From Lingula anatina (lineage: Eukaryota > Animalia > Brachiopoda): a stretch of DNA of 64,000 bases. Below, in pieces: positions 13,522 through 26,757 of this stretch. The translations under genes and the position numbers were made by a program. Position 1 is the stretch's first letter, and the number at the start of each line of letters is the position of its first letter. The notes beneath the pieces were generated by a model that made no database searches, was not told the DNA's origin, and was given only the letters and a program-made list of their open reading frames with translations. Where the stretch lies: positions 806,001 through 870,000 of the forward strand of contig CM120640.1 in assembly GCA_051362555.1 (NCBI GenBank). The letters are read 5' to 3'.

Positions 13522-14216
13522 GATGTTGGGATGGATTCATTAACTATTGGTGAGAATGTAATTTTTTTTTTTTTTTTTTTTTTTTTTGCCAAAATGAACA
13601 CTTGATAGAATGGATCTGTTCAATGAAAAAAATTGGTTAAGATACAAATATCTTATCATAGGACCTGATCTGATAGTGGTGATTAATTAATGAGGTGTTA
13701 ACTCCACAAGCTCACAGAAGCCAAAAGGAATAGTAGCCAAATCAATTTGCACTTAATTAAATAAAGAATGTAAGTCTGACTTACCTGTCAGTGACATAAC
13801 TACTCACTTGTCACATTTTTATCATTATCTCTACCAGCTAGCAGAGATCGTTAACTGGTTATTAATAACTGTAATGGTTCACTGGCAATCTGAAGTCCTG
13901 GTCTCAGCGTTAAAGAAACATCACTTTTCTTACCTGAAATTTTTTTCACCCTTCACCCATTTCACAACACTAACAGAAAAATACAGAAAACTTACAGATA
14001 TGGCAATGGACATGCCCTATGCTATAGAGATCAACAGTTTCAAACTGGTTAATAATAAAATACACTGCAAGTTCCACATCCTTTAACTCTTTCGGTTAAG
14101 GATATATAAGGATATATATTTATTCCTAATTATAATCCAGAAATTTCATTATTTAACTTAGACTATTAGTCCCCTCCCTGCTGACAATTCGCAAAAAAAA
14201 AAAAAAAAAATAATAA

Positions 14217-14247
<31 letters not shown>

Positions 14248-14641
14248 ATATTATCATGTTGCACACATTATTGTAGCTTTCTTTGGTTCTGGTTACTTAA
14301 GTCAAAGGTTTGCAGTTTAAATTATCTAATTGGACTTTTAAACACGTGCATGATACAACCAAGGAGTTATAACTCCTTGATACAACCAACTGTGTTTTAA
14401 AATAGAGCCTCGTTGTGGAATCCACCTTGAAAATGGCGACCTTGACCCGATTACTACCTCGAAGGGTGTATCACCAGAAAATTCAATAAAACTTCTTTCT
14501 GGTATAAAAGTAAGTTTATTTTTACTATGCAAAACCCAAGTGCGATCTCATAGAGGTTTGCCATGCGTCCATTTCGGTCCATTTCGGCCCATTTCAGTCC
14601 ATTTCTATCCATTTCTATCCATTTCTATGTTTTAAAGGACC

Positions 14642-16462
14642 CAATTTTCTGGATTTAATAGTGAAAGCGAGTCTGACAGCGATGATTTTAGCGATATTTC
14701 TTTGAATAACACCACAAATACAGAGTCTTTTGATGAAATAGATAACAGTAGTGAAGATTTTAGAAGAAATCAATGGGAAAACGATCTAGTAGGGGTGGAT
14801 AAAGAGCCTTTCTGTGGCGAGGAGCCTGGATGCACACACGAACTGACAGGTGATAAAGATGAACTAGATTTTTTAAACTGTTTTTCTCTGATGAGATACT
14901 GAATATTTTGGTTGAAAATACCAATTTATATGCAGCATATAAAGGCGCCAATGACTCCAAGTGGAGAGAAATAACACTGCCGGAACTAAAAGCATGGCTT
15001 GGGATCAGGGTTGCCATGAGCATCTTGTACCTGCCACCCTATGACCAGTACTGGTCAAATGATTACCTTTTAGGTAATCTTTTCATACCAACAGTGATGA
15101 CCAGGGACAGGTTTGACAAGATTCAGCAGTATTTTCATGCAAACAAAACATAGGGGGGGGATCTCCCAGACAGAGGGGAACCTGGCCATGACAGACTGTT
15201 GCATGTTAGGCCCATTCTTGACATATTAAATCAAAAATGCCTTCAAAATTATAATCCACACCAAAACACCAGTGTGGATGAAGGTATGATTGCATTCAGG
15301 GGACGACTAGGCTTTCGCCAATATTTACCAACCAAGCCTACAAAATATGGGATAAAAGTTTGGGTGAGAGCAGACCCTGAAAATGGTTACCTAGATGAAT
15401 TCCAGGTAAGTTTAATCTAGTATTTTGATCACACAGTTAGTTTAAATAATTACTAGTATGCTTGCAAAACTTAATAAGTGCTATGGGTTTTTTATTTATT
15501 TATTTATTATTTTTTTTTTTGAGAATAGAAACAAGACTATGATGTTCCAAGTGAGTGCAAGTTTATTATTATTATTTATTTATTTATTATTTTTTTTACA
15601 GATTTACACTGGTAGACAAGGAAATCGAGGTCAGCCCGAGATTGGTTTAGGTGCCAGAGTTGTACTAGACCTCTGTGAAAACATCAGTGGCGTCAACCAT
15701 ATTGTTAATATGGACAATTATTTCTCTAGTCCACAGTTATTTGAAGAGTTGCTGGATATGAATATCTATGCCAGGGGGACAGTGAGGTCCAACAGGAGGG
15801 GTTATCCCAGCAACCTTCTTCCAAATAACTGCGTTAAGGTTCAAGGGGAGAACAGAATGGTACAGAAAGGAGAAATGATAGCAGTGGCATGGAAGGACAA
15901 GAAAGTTATACATTTCCTTTCCACTGCAGAGGATCCAGCATCTGCAATTGGCTACACAAACAGAAAGCAGAAAACTGGAGAAATTCTGCGAGTTTCTTGT
16001 CCGGTGACAGTCTCAGAGTATAATGCCTACATGAATGGAGTAGACAGGGCAGATCAACTACGAAATGAGTACTGCACTTACAGAACCTCAAAGAAATGGT
16101 GGCTCTATGTTTTATGGTTTTTGTTTGATGTAGCCAAATGCAATGCCTTCATCTGTATGAAAGAGTCACAGAACCACATCCTTCAATCAAAATCTGGAAG
16201 GGTTTTGCCTCGTACTCTGATGGATTTTACCATGAATTTATCCAAGAGGCTCATCGGAACATATCGCAACGGTCAGAAGAGAAAACTTACCTCAAATGTA
16301 GACCCCCAGGGCACAAGTCACTTACCTCGGAAAACTGTGAAGGCAGGTAGATGTAGGTAGTGCAGCAAAAATGGACAAAGAAGGGAGTCCAGGGTACAGT
16401 GCTCTGGTTGCAGTGTCAGCCTGTGTATTGACTGTTTTGAACCATATCATCAACATCTGTAA
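14642..16462 (+). pseudogene. piggyBac (PGBD4-like) transposase pseudogene with one intron (15406-15601)
   Basis: Motifs SVDEGMIAFRGR, KPTKYGIKVW, MDNYFSS, YMNGVDRADQLR, KKWW and a C-terminal Cys-rich domain; GTAAGT...tttacAG phase-0 intron; frameshift near 14885, stops at 15151 and 16358. Confidence 0.92.
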
Positions 16463-18103
16463 CTATGTCACCTTTATTTCACATGTGCCAAATTAATTTT
16501 ATTTTTATAATCTCTTGAACTGAACATGTAGAATGTCTTGAACTTGAACATGTAGAATGTTGGTACATGTATTGAATACATTTTATCAAATACTAGTATT
16601 TTATTTTCTTCTATAAATTTGCGGGTAATTTGTAACTGCTCATTGCTCACTGTAAGTAGTCAGTATATACTTAAAGAAAATATTAAATATAGTTTTTATA
16701 GTCAGTTTTTGTAGTTATAACATATATAGTGTAGCTTTTTTGTGTCTACACAATGTACATGCTCATTAAATGCTCATGTTTTGTATCATATATTAAGTTT
16801 TCTTTTCAGTATTGATTATAAAAACAATATTTATACTTATATATTTAGAAAATTGCATTTTTATGTACAGACACAGATGTGTCTGTACATATTGCCATCA
16901 CCTGCGTCTGTCGTCCCCGTCGCCGATGGCGATGGCGAGGCCGATGGCGATGCCTTGTAAACACGATAAGTGGAGGGCAGTTTTACTTTTTGGCTTTATA
17001 TTTACAGAGCTGATGAATATTCATAAAACGCAGGTCAAGTTCGAAAATCAGCATGATCGGGCCATTATTGTAGAAGTTATGCTGTTTTTTCACTTTTCAG
17101 CATATTTTTCACATTTCCTCAGATTCAATTCTTAGGCATGTTAACAGTCTCATTATTAAACTATTAAGATACGTAAAAGTGTTTGTTTGACATTTCCTGC
17201 ATCTTTACAACATTGTTAGTTGATTTTGTAAAAATGATGGTAAACTTGTCATCGTGTATTCTGTAATAAAGTTTCAAAAATGGAAATAAACTCATATCAT
17301 TGCAGTTTGTCAGATTCAATCATTCACTATGTTCAGAATCTCAGAATGGAAGAAATTGGACATTTAACACTGCTCTGTTGATATTTTTCCCATCCATCAA
17401 TTTTCTTAGTTGATAATATAAAAATGGCAGTAAACTGTTAATTTTGTTTTATGTTAAAAATTGTTAAAAATGGAAAAAAAAACATTTCAGAACAGTGCTG
17501 TCTTGTTTACATTTTGGCATTTTCAAGTTGTGACTTTGAAGTTCCATGGGCCTGAAGACCTTTGCTAGTCACATTTTCTGAATATCCATGATACTAATAT
17601 TTTATTCTTAAAAATTGATGGTCATCATGCTGTTAAACATTATGTAATATTGCATCAAAATTTGAAAAAAACCTATTTTGGGCACTGCTCCCATGATGAC
17701 CATTTAAGAAAAACCATGTCACTTACTGTTCTCAAACAGTACAGTAAATATATATAGATGTGTCTGTACATATTGCCATCACCTGCATCTGCCGTCGCCG
17801 TGCACTTTCCTTGTAAACACGATAAGTGGAAGGCAGTTTTACTTTTTGGCTTTATATTTACAGAGCTGATGAATATTCATAAAATGCAGGTCAAGTTCGA
17901 AAATCAGCATGATCGGGCCATTATTGTAGAAGTTATGCTGTTTTTTCACTTTTCAGCATATATGCAACACTGTAAACACATTTCAACGAAAACCGATAGG
18001 CCTGTTGTCATGAAACTCACAGGAAAAATTGATCTTACTAAAACGCAGGTCAAGTTCGAAAATTGGCATGATTGGGCCACTATTTTAGTAGTTATGCTTT
18101 TTT

Positions 18104-21100
18104 ATGTACAGACACAGATGTGTCTGTACATATAGCCATCATCTGCGTCTGTCGGCGCCGTCGCCGTCGCCGTCGCCGTCGTCGCCGTCGCCGTGCACTT
18201 TTACCGATAACACGATAAGTGGAAAACTGTTTTTTCTTTTGGCTTGAAACTTACAGAACTGATGAATATTCGTAATAGGCAGGTCAAGTTCGAAAATCAG
18301 CATGATCGGGTCACTTATAGGGAATTTATGCTGTTTTTTCACTTTTTTCAGCATATATGCAGCACCGATAACACAATAAGTGGAAAACCATTTTACCTTT
18401 TGGCTTGAAACTTATAGAACTGATGAATATTCATAATACGCAGGTCAAGTTCGAAAACCAGCGTGATTGGGTCATTTTTAGTGAATTTAGGCTATTTTTT
18501 CTCTTTTTTCAGCATATATGCAGCACCGATAACACCATAAATGGAAAACCATTTTACCTTTTGGCTTGAAACTTACAAAACTGATGAATATTGGAAATAT
18601 GCAGGTCAAGTTTGAAAATCAGCATGATCGGGCCATTTTTAGGGATGTTATGCTGTTTTTTCACTTCTTTCAACATATATGTAACGCTAATAACACAATA
18701 TAAGAAAAACAAATAGGCCAATTGTCATTATACTCACAGGAGTAGTCAAACTAACCAAAACGCAGGTTGAGTTCCAAAATCAGCATAATCGTGCCATTCT
18801 TTTAGAAGTTATGCTGTTTTTTCACATTTCCTCAGATTCAATTGTTAGGCATATTAACAGTCTCATTATTGAACTAATAAGATACGTAAAAGTGTTTGTT
18901 TGACATTTCCTGCATCTCAATAACATTGTTAGTTGATTATGTAAAAATGATGGTAAACTTGTTATTGTGTATTATGTTATAAAGCGTCAAAAATGGAAAT
19001 AAACAAATATCATTGCAGTTTGTCAGATTCAATCATTTACTATATTCATTATCTCAGAATGGAGGAAATTGGACATTTAACACTGTTCTATTGATATTTT
19101 TCCCATCTCATCAATTTTCTTAGTTGATCATATACAAATGGTAGAAAACTGTTTATTTTGTTTTATGTTAAAAAAGTGTTCTAAAAATGGAAGTAAACCC
19201 ATTGCAGAACAGTGCTGTCTTGTTTCAGCATATATGCAGCACCGATAACACGATAAGTGGAAAACCATTTTACCTTTTCCCTTGAAACTTACAAAACTGA
19301 TGAATATTCATAATACGCAGGTCAAGTTCGAAAATCAGCATGATCGGGTCATTTTTAGGGAAGTTATGCTGTTTTTCACTTTTTTCACCATATATGCAAC
19401 ACTGATAACATGATAAGTGAAAAATCATTTTACCTTTTGGCTTGAAACTTGCAGAAGTAATGAATATTCATATTACGCAGGTCAAGTTTGAAAATCAGCA
19501 TTATCGGGTCATTTTTAGGGTAGTTATGCTGTTTTTTCACTTTTTTCAGCATATATGCAGCACCGATAACACGATAAGTGGAAAATCATTTTACCTTTTG
19601 GTTTCAAACTTACAGAACTGATGAATATTCATAATACGCAGGTCAAGTTTGAAAATCAGCATCATCGGGTCATTTTTAGGGAAGTTATGCTGTTTTTTCA
19701 CTTTTTTCAGCATGTACGCAACACCTTTGTGCTATATGATGGTACTGTATGGATGACAGTCTATAAAATTGTCCCTTGGGTGATCACTAATTAAATTAAG
19801 GTCTATAAAGTCACTTGCCTACTCATTAATTTTCAATTGGCTATTAAATGAGATTACATAAAACACTCCTTGAGATTTCCCTGTAAAGTCCCATAGGTTT
19901 AGCTCTCTTAACTGTGTCACAAAATTAGGATTTGGTGATAATTGTGCAGATAAATGGTGTTTAACATTGCAAATAAATTTACAACAAAAAGAATGTGTTA
20001 TGCCAACATGCTATAGATGAATAACAATGCTTTATTTTTCTCAAACTTGGTGGGGTTATTAATATCAAGTTAATACAGCTAGATTAAAAGTTTGAATAGC
20101 AGCTTTATTGGAATTTTTTACGTTTTATTTAAAATTTTTTTTAAAATTATTTTTCAAACACAAGCATCTTCAAGATGTGATTTTATACTCCCATCCATCA
20201 GAAGTGCTGTGCATTTTCTGTATTTTTGTATATAATTGTTATTTCTTCAGATTTAATTCTTAGGCATGTTAACAGTCTCATTATGGAACTAATAAGATAT
20301 GTAAAAGTGTTGTTTTGACATTTTCTGCTTCTTAACAATATTGTTTGTTGATTATATAAAAATGACGGTAAACCTGTTATAATATTGTGCATTGTGTAAT
20401 AAAGTATCATAAATGGAAAGGAACTCATCATTGCAGTTTGTCAGATTTAATCATTCACTATGTTCAGCATCTGCAAATGGAGCAAATTGGACATTGAAAA
20501 TTGTTCTATTGCTATTTTTCCTATGTCAGCAATTTTCCTAGTTGAACATTTAAAAATGAAAGTTTATTGATCATTTTGTTTTAAAAAAGGTGTTGAAAAT
20601 GGAAAGAAAATCATTTCAGTACAGTTATCTCTTGTTTACATTTTGGCATTTTGAAAGTGTGACTCTGAACTTCCATGGCCTTGAAGACCTTCCCAAATCA
20701 CATTTTCTGAATATTCATGATACTTTTATTTTTTTATAAAAAATTTGATGGTCATTATGCTGTTAAGTATTATGTTTTATTGCATGAAAGTTGAAGAAAA
20801 CCCTATTTTGGACACTGCTGCCAGGATAGCAATTAAGGGAAAACCATGTTACTTACGATACTGAAACTTAGTGAAAAGTTTCATAAGACAGAAGTGCGCA
20901 GCTTGTGTTTGAAAACCAGTGTGATTGTTTTCTGTTTTGGAGGCAATGCAGGTTTATAGAGTGCTATACTGGCATTTTCAAGTTGTGACTTATCACTCCC
21001 ATCTGCCAGGAGCCCTGTACTCTTACTTTGTAACATTTTCTGTATTTTGTTAAGTTACAAGAATGATTCTTAGGATTGACATACAGCCCAAAAAAAAAAA

Positions 21101-21120
21101 AAAATTAATAATATATAGTG

Positions 21121-21176
<56 letters not shown>

Positions 21177-21665
21177 TGAGTTTAAGCATTTTTTTTTGTG
21201 TGTAATTTTCACTGTACCTCATTCTGGCATTTCCAAAGTTTAACTCTTATCAGCCTGACACCTTAGGGACTATTTCCAGACCCTATCACGCTAACTGTGG
21301 ATCGATCTATCTCCATGGGAATTCTCGCTAAATTGCAATCAATGTTAGTGGCTTAGTTGTCTGTCACGCCTACTGAAACTGGCATGCCAGAATCCTAAGA
21401 CTCTCAAACTGAAAGCAATTTAGTGAGAAACCCCTTGGAGTTGCATTGATCCTGTTAGATTGATCTAGGTATGGGAACTTAGTCTAATGCTTGATACACA
21501 TTTTACTTTCATCCTAATCCAATGTTACGCAGAATAAGAATTTGATGTTGGCTATGCAGTTACAGTAAGCATAATACATTAGTTCATCAGAATTGACAGT
21601 ATCCTATTTCCTGCGTTTTTATTTTCTGGTTTTTGTCTGTACATTTGACAGCTTTGCTGCCTTGT
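18104..21665 (+). mobile_element. HINE-A long, divergent subfamily copy (nested)
   Basis: Head palindrome, more numerous and divergent 160-bp units, (TA)n at ~21123-21172, 3' terminus; sits in a T-run of the host copy. Confidence 0.75.
21265..21485. mobile_element. Degenerate palindromic MITE-like insert
   Basis: Imperfect inverted arms (TCTCGCTAAATTGC / GCAATTTAGTGAGA); similar sequence at ~51225-51430. Confidence 0.4.
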
Positions 21666-21710
21666 TTTCTTTTTTCAGCATATATGCAACACTGTAAACA
21701 CAATATAAGA

Positions 21711-24700
21711 ACAAGGCAGCAAAGCTGTCAAATGTACAGACAAAAAGCAGGAAATAACTATGCACAAAATAGGCTACTGTCAATTCTGATGCAAAAGTAC
21801 ATTATGTTAAACTGCAAATTCAACATCAAATTTTAATTATGCTCAACAGGTAATACCAATGTAAGTAAAACGTGTAACAAGCATAAGGCTTCAGGCCCAT
21901 GGGAGTTCAAGTTCACACTTTGAAAATGTATAACTTCCAGAAAAAGAAGTCAATTAGACTACTTTTCCAACCCAGGCTGCATTTTAGTCCTGCATTTCTT
22001 TTTTGAACATTTGGCAATCATAAGTAACATGGTTTTCCCATAATGGTCATCATGGCAGCAGCACCCATAATTGTTTTCTTCTATTCTGATGCAATATTAC
22101 ATATTGGTTAACAGCATAATGACCATCAATTTTTAATAATAAAATATACGTATCATGGATTTTCAGAAAATGTGACTAGCATGGGTCTTCAAGCATGTAG
22201 AACTTCAAAGTCACACCTTGAAAATGCCAATATGTGAAATATGCTGAAAAGTGAAAAAAAAGCATAACTTCTACAATAATGGCCCGATCATGCTGATTTT
22301 CGAACTTGACCTGCGTTTTATGAATATTCATCAGCTCTGTAAATATAAAGCCCAAAAGTAAAACTGCCTTCCACTTATCGTGTTTACAATGAAAGTGCAA
22401 GGCGCCGGTGACGGCGGTGACGGTGCTGACGGTGAAGACAGACGCAGGTGATGGCAATATGTACAGACACATTTTTGACACATCTGTACATATTTACTGT
22501 ACTGTTTGAGAACAGTAAGTGACATGGTTTTTCTTAAATGGTCATCATGGGAGCAGTGCCCAAAGTAGGTTTTTTTCAAATTTTGATGCAATATTACATA
22601 ATGTTTAACAGCATAATGACCATCAATTTTTAATAATAAAATATTAGTATCATGGATATTCAGAAAATGTGACGAGCAAAGGTCTTCAGGCCCATGGAAC
22701 TTCAAAGTCACAACTTGAAAATGCCAAAATGTAAACAAGACAGCACTGTTCTGAAATGTTTTTTTTTTCCATTTTTAACAATTTTTAACATAAAACAAAA
22801 TTAACAGCTTATTGCCATTTTTATATGATCAACTAAGAAAATTGATGAGATGGGAAAAATATCAATAGAGCAGTGTTAGATGTCCAATTTCTTCCATTCT
22901 GAGATTCTGAACATAGTGAATGATTGAATCTGACAAACTGCAATGATATGAGTTTATTTCCACTTTTGAAACTTTATTACACAATACACGATAACAAATT
23001 AACCATCATTTTTACAAAATCAACTAACAATGTTATAAAGATGCAGGAAATGTCAAACAAACACTTTTAATATCTTATTAATTAAATAATGAAACTGTTA
23101 ACATGCCTAAGAATTGAATCTGAGGAAATGTGTAAAAACAACATAACTTCTAAAATAATGGCCCGATTATGCTGATTTTTAACTCAACCTGCGTTTTAGC
23201 AGGATTGACCACTCCTGTGAGTTTAATGACAATTGGCCTATCTGTTTTTTGTATATTGTGTTTACAGTGTTGCATATATGCTGAAAAGTGAAAAAAAAGC
23301 ATAACTACTAAAATAGTGGCCTGATCATGCCGATTTTGGAACTTGACCTGCGTTTAAGTAAGATAGATTACTCCTGTGAGTTTCATGACAACAGGCCTAT
23401 CGCTTTTCCTTGGAATGTGTTTACAGTGTTGCATATATGCTGAAAAGTGAAAAAAAAAGCATAACTTCTACAATAATGGCCCGATCATGATGATTTTCGA
23501 ACTTGACCTACGTTTTATGAATATTCATCAGCTCTGTAAATATAAAGCCAAAAAGTAAAACTGCCTTCCACTTATCGTGTTTACAATGAAAGTGCACGGC
23601 GGCGATGACGGCGACGACAGACGCAGGTGATGGCAATATGTACAGACACATCTATATATATATATTTACTGTACTGTTTGAGAACAGTAAGTGACATGGT
23701 TTTTTATGTACAGACACAGATGTGTCTGTACATATTGCCATCACCTGCGTCTGTCGTCGCCGTCGCCGTCGGCGCCGTGCACTTTCCTTGTAAACACGAT
23801 AAGTGGAGGGCAGTTTTACTTTTTGGCTTTATATTTACAGAGCTGATGAATATTCATAAAACGCAGGTCAAGTTCGAAAATCAGCATAATCGGACCATTA
23901 TTGTAGAAGTTATGCTGTTTTTTCACTTTTCAGCATATATGCAACCCTGTAAACACATTTTAAGGAAAACAGTTAGGCCTGCTGTCATGAAACTCACAGG
24001 AGTAATCAATCTAACTAAAACGCAGGTCAAGTTCGAAAATCAGCATGATCCGACCATTATTGTAGAAGTTATGCTGTTTTTTCACTTTTCAGCATATATG
24101 CAACACTGTAAACACAATATAAGAAAAATAGATTGGCCAATTGTCATTTAACTCACAGGAATGGTCAAACTTACTAAAACGCAGGTTGAGTTCGAAAATC
24201 AGCATAATCGGGGCATTATTTTAGAAGTTATGCTGTTTTTTTCACATTTCCTCAGATTCAATTCTTAGGCATGTTAACAGTCTTATTATTTTACTAATAA
24301 GATACATAAAAGTGTTTGTTTGACATTTCCTGCATCTTTACAACATTGTTAGTTGATTATGTAAAAATGATGGTAAACTTGTTATCGTGTATTGTGTAAT
24401 AAAGTGTCAAAAATGGAAATAAACTCATATCATTGCAGTTTGTCAGATTCAATCATTCACTATGTTCAGAATCTCAGAATGGAGGAAATTGGACATGTAA
24501 CACTATTCTATTGATATTTTTCCCATCTCATCAATTTTCTTAGTTGATCATACAAAAATTACAGTAAACTGTTTATTTTGTTTTATGTTAAAAAAAGTGT
24601 TAAAAATGGAAATAAACCCATGTTTTACATTTCCTCAGATTCAATTCTTAGGCATGTTAACAGTCTCATTATTTAACTAATAAGACATGTAAAAGTGTTT

Positions 24701-25338
24701 GGTTGACATTTCCTGCATCTTTGCAACACTATTAGTTGACTATGTAAAAATGATGGTAAACTTGTTATCATGTGTTGTGTAATAAAGTTTCAAAAATGGA
24801 AATAAACTCATATCATTGCTGTTTGTCAGATTCAATCATTCACTATGTTCAGAATCTCAGAATGGAGGAAATTGGACATTTAACACTGTTGTATTGATAT
24901 TTTTCCCATCTCATCAATTTTCTTAGTTGATCGTATAAAAATGGCAGTAACCTGTTAATATTGTTTTATGTTTAAAAAGTTGTTAAAAATGGGGAAAAAA
25001 TTTTCAGAACAGTGCTGTCTTGTTTACATTTTGGCATTTTCAAGTTGTGACTTTGAAGTTCCATGGGCCTGAAGACCTTTGCTAGTCACATTTTCTGAAT
25101 ATCCATGATACTAATATTTTATTCTTAAAAATTGATGGTCATTATGCTGTTAAACATTATGTAATATTGCATCAAAATTTGAAAAAAAAAACTATTTTGG
25201 GCACTGCTCCCATGATGACCATTTAAGAAAAACCATGTCACTTACTGTTCTCAAACTTACAGGAAAGAAACATGGGACTAGAATACAGCTTCAGTAGGCA
25301 ATGGAGTCTGTTTGGTAATTCTTACTGCCAGTTTAAAC

Positions 25339-25385
<47 letters not shown>

Positions 25386-26757
25386 TGAAAATTTTATTTT
25401 TCACATATTGGCATTTTCAAGGTGTGACTTTAAAGTTCCACAGGCTTGAAGACCCATGCTAGTCACATTTTCTGAAAATCCATGATACGTATATTTTATT
25501 ATTAAAAATTGATGGTCATTATGCTGTTAACCATTATGTAATATGGCATCAGAATAGAAGAAAACACAATTTTGGGTGCTGCTGCCATGATGACCATTAT
25601 GGGAAATCCATGTTACTTATGATTGCCAAATTTTCAAAAAAGAAATACGGGACTAAAATGCAGCCTGAGTTGGAAAAACAGTCTAATTGGCTTCTTTTTC
25701 TGGAAGTTATACATTTTCAAAGTGTGAACTTGTTACACATTTTACTTATATTGGTATTACCTGTTGAGCATAATTAAAATTTGATGTTGAATTTGCAGTT
25801 TAACATAATGTACTTTTGCATCAGAATTGACAGTAGCCTATTTTGAGCATAGTTATTTCCTGTTTTTTGTCTGTACATTTGACAGCTTTGCTGCCTTGTC
25901 TTAAATGGTCATCATGGGAGCAGTGCTCAAAATAGGTTTTTTTCAAATTTTGATGCAATATTACATAATGTTTAACAGAATAATGACCATCAATTTTTAA
26001 TAATAAAATATTAGTATCATGGATATTCAGAAAATGTGACTAGCAAAGGGTCTCAGGCCCATGGAACTTCAAAGTCACCACTTGAAAATGCCAAAATGTA
26101 AATAAAACAGCACTGTTCTGAAATGTTTTTTTTCCCATTTTTAACAATTTTTAACATAAAACAAAATTAACAGTTTACTGCAATTTTTATATGATCATCT
26201 AAGAAAATTGATGAGATGGGAAAAATATCAATAAAGCAGTGTTAAATGTCCAATTTCTTCCATTCTGAGATTCTGAACATAGTGAATGATTGAATCTGAC
26301 AAACTGCAATGATATGAGTTTATTTCCATTTTTGAAACTTTATTACACAATACACGATAACAAGTTTACCATCATTTTTACAAAATCAACTAACAATGTT
26401 GTAAAGATGCAGGAAATGTCAAACAAAAACTTTTACATATCTTATTAGTTTAATAATGAGACTGTTAACATGGCTAAGAATTGAATGTGAGGAAATGTGA
26501 AAAATATGCTGAAAAGTGAAAAAACAGCATAACTTCTACAATAATGGCCCGATCATGCTGATTTTCGAACTTGACCTGCGTTTTATGAATATTTACCAGC
26601 TCTGTAAATATAAAGCCAAAAAGCAAAACTGCCCTCCACTTATCGTGTTTACAAGGAAAGTGCACGGCATCGGCATCGGCATCGCCATCGCCATCGGCAT
26701 CGGCGACGACAGACGCAGGTGATGGCAATATGTACAGACACATCTGTGTCTGTACAT
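21711..26757 (-). mobile_element. HINE-A composite copy in reverse orientation (nested)
   Basis: Reverse 3' end ACAAGGCAGCAAAGCTGTC at 21711, reverse head ending at 26757; flanks rejoin to CAATATAAGAAAAACAGATAGG. Confidence 0.8.
23706..25899 (+). mobile_element. HINE-A copy nested at third level
   Basis: Head at 23706, 3' end at 25899; flanks rejoin to GACATGGTTTTTCTTAAATGG, seen uninterrupted at 22521. Confidence 0.8.

Larger units (their letters stand above)
4204..14641. mobile_element. 10.4-kb long-TIR DNA element of unassigned superfamily
   Basis: ~235-bp TIRs at 4204-4438 and 14407-14641 starting GGTCCTTTAAAACATAG, with internal 10-bp tandem repeats (GAAATGGAYNG-like); interrupts the piggyBac ORF; no clear TSD. 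Confidence 0.85.

Noticed and set aside
4205-14637. Long-TIR element spliced out as an intron (GT at 4205, AG at 14637) to rescue the piggyBac ORF
   Set aside because: Weak donor; splicing would leave 5 extra nt and shift the frame, and the transposase has other lesions
18200-19730. Regularly spaced repeats resembling a CRISPR array
   Set aside because: Whole ~160-bp units repeat with no unique spacers; eukaryotic context and no cas genes
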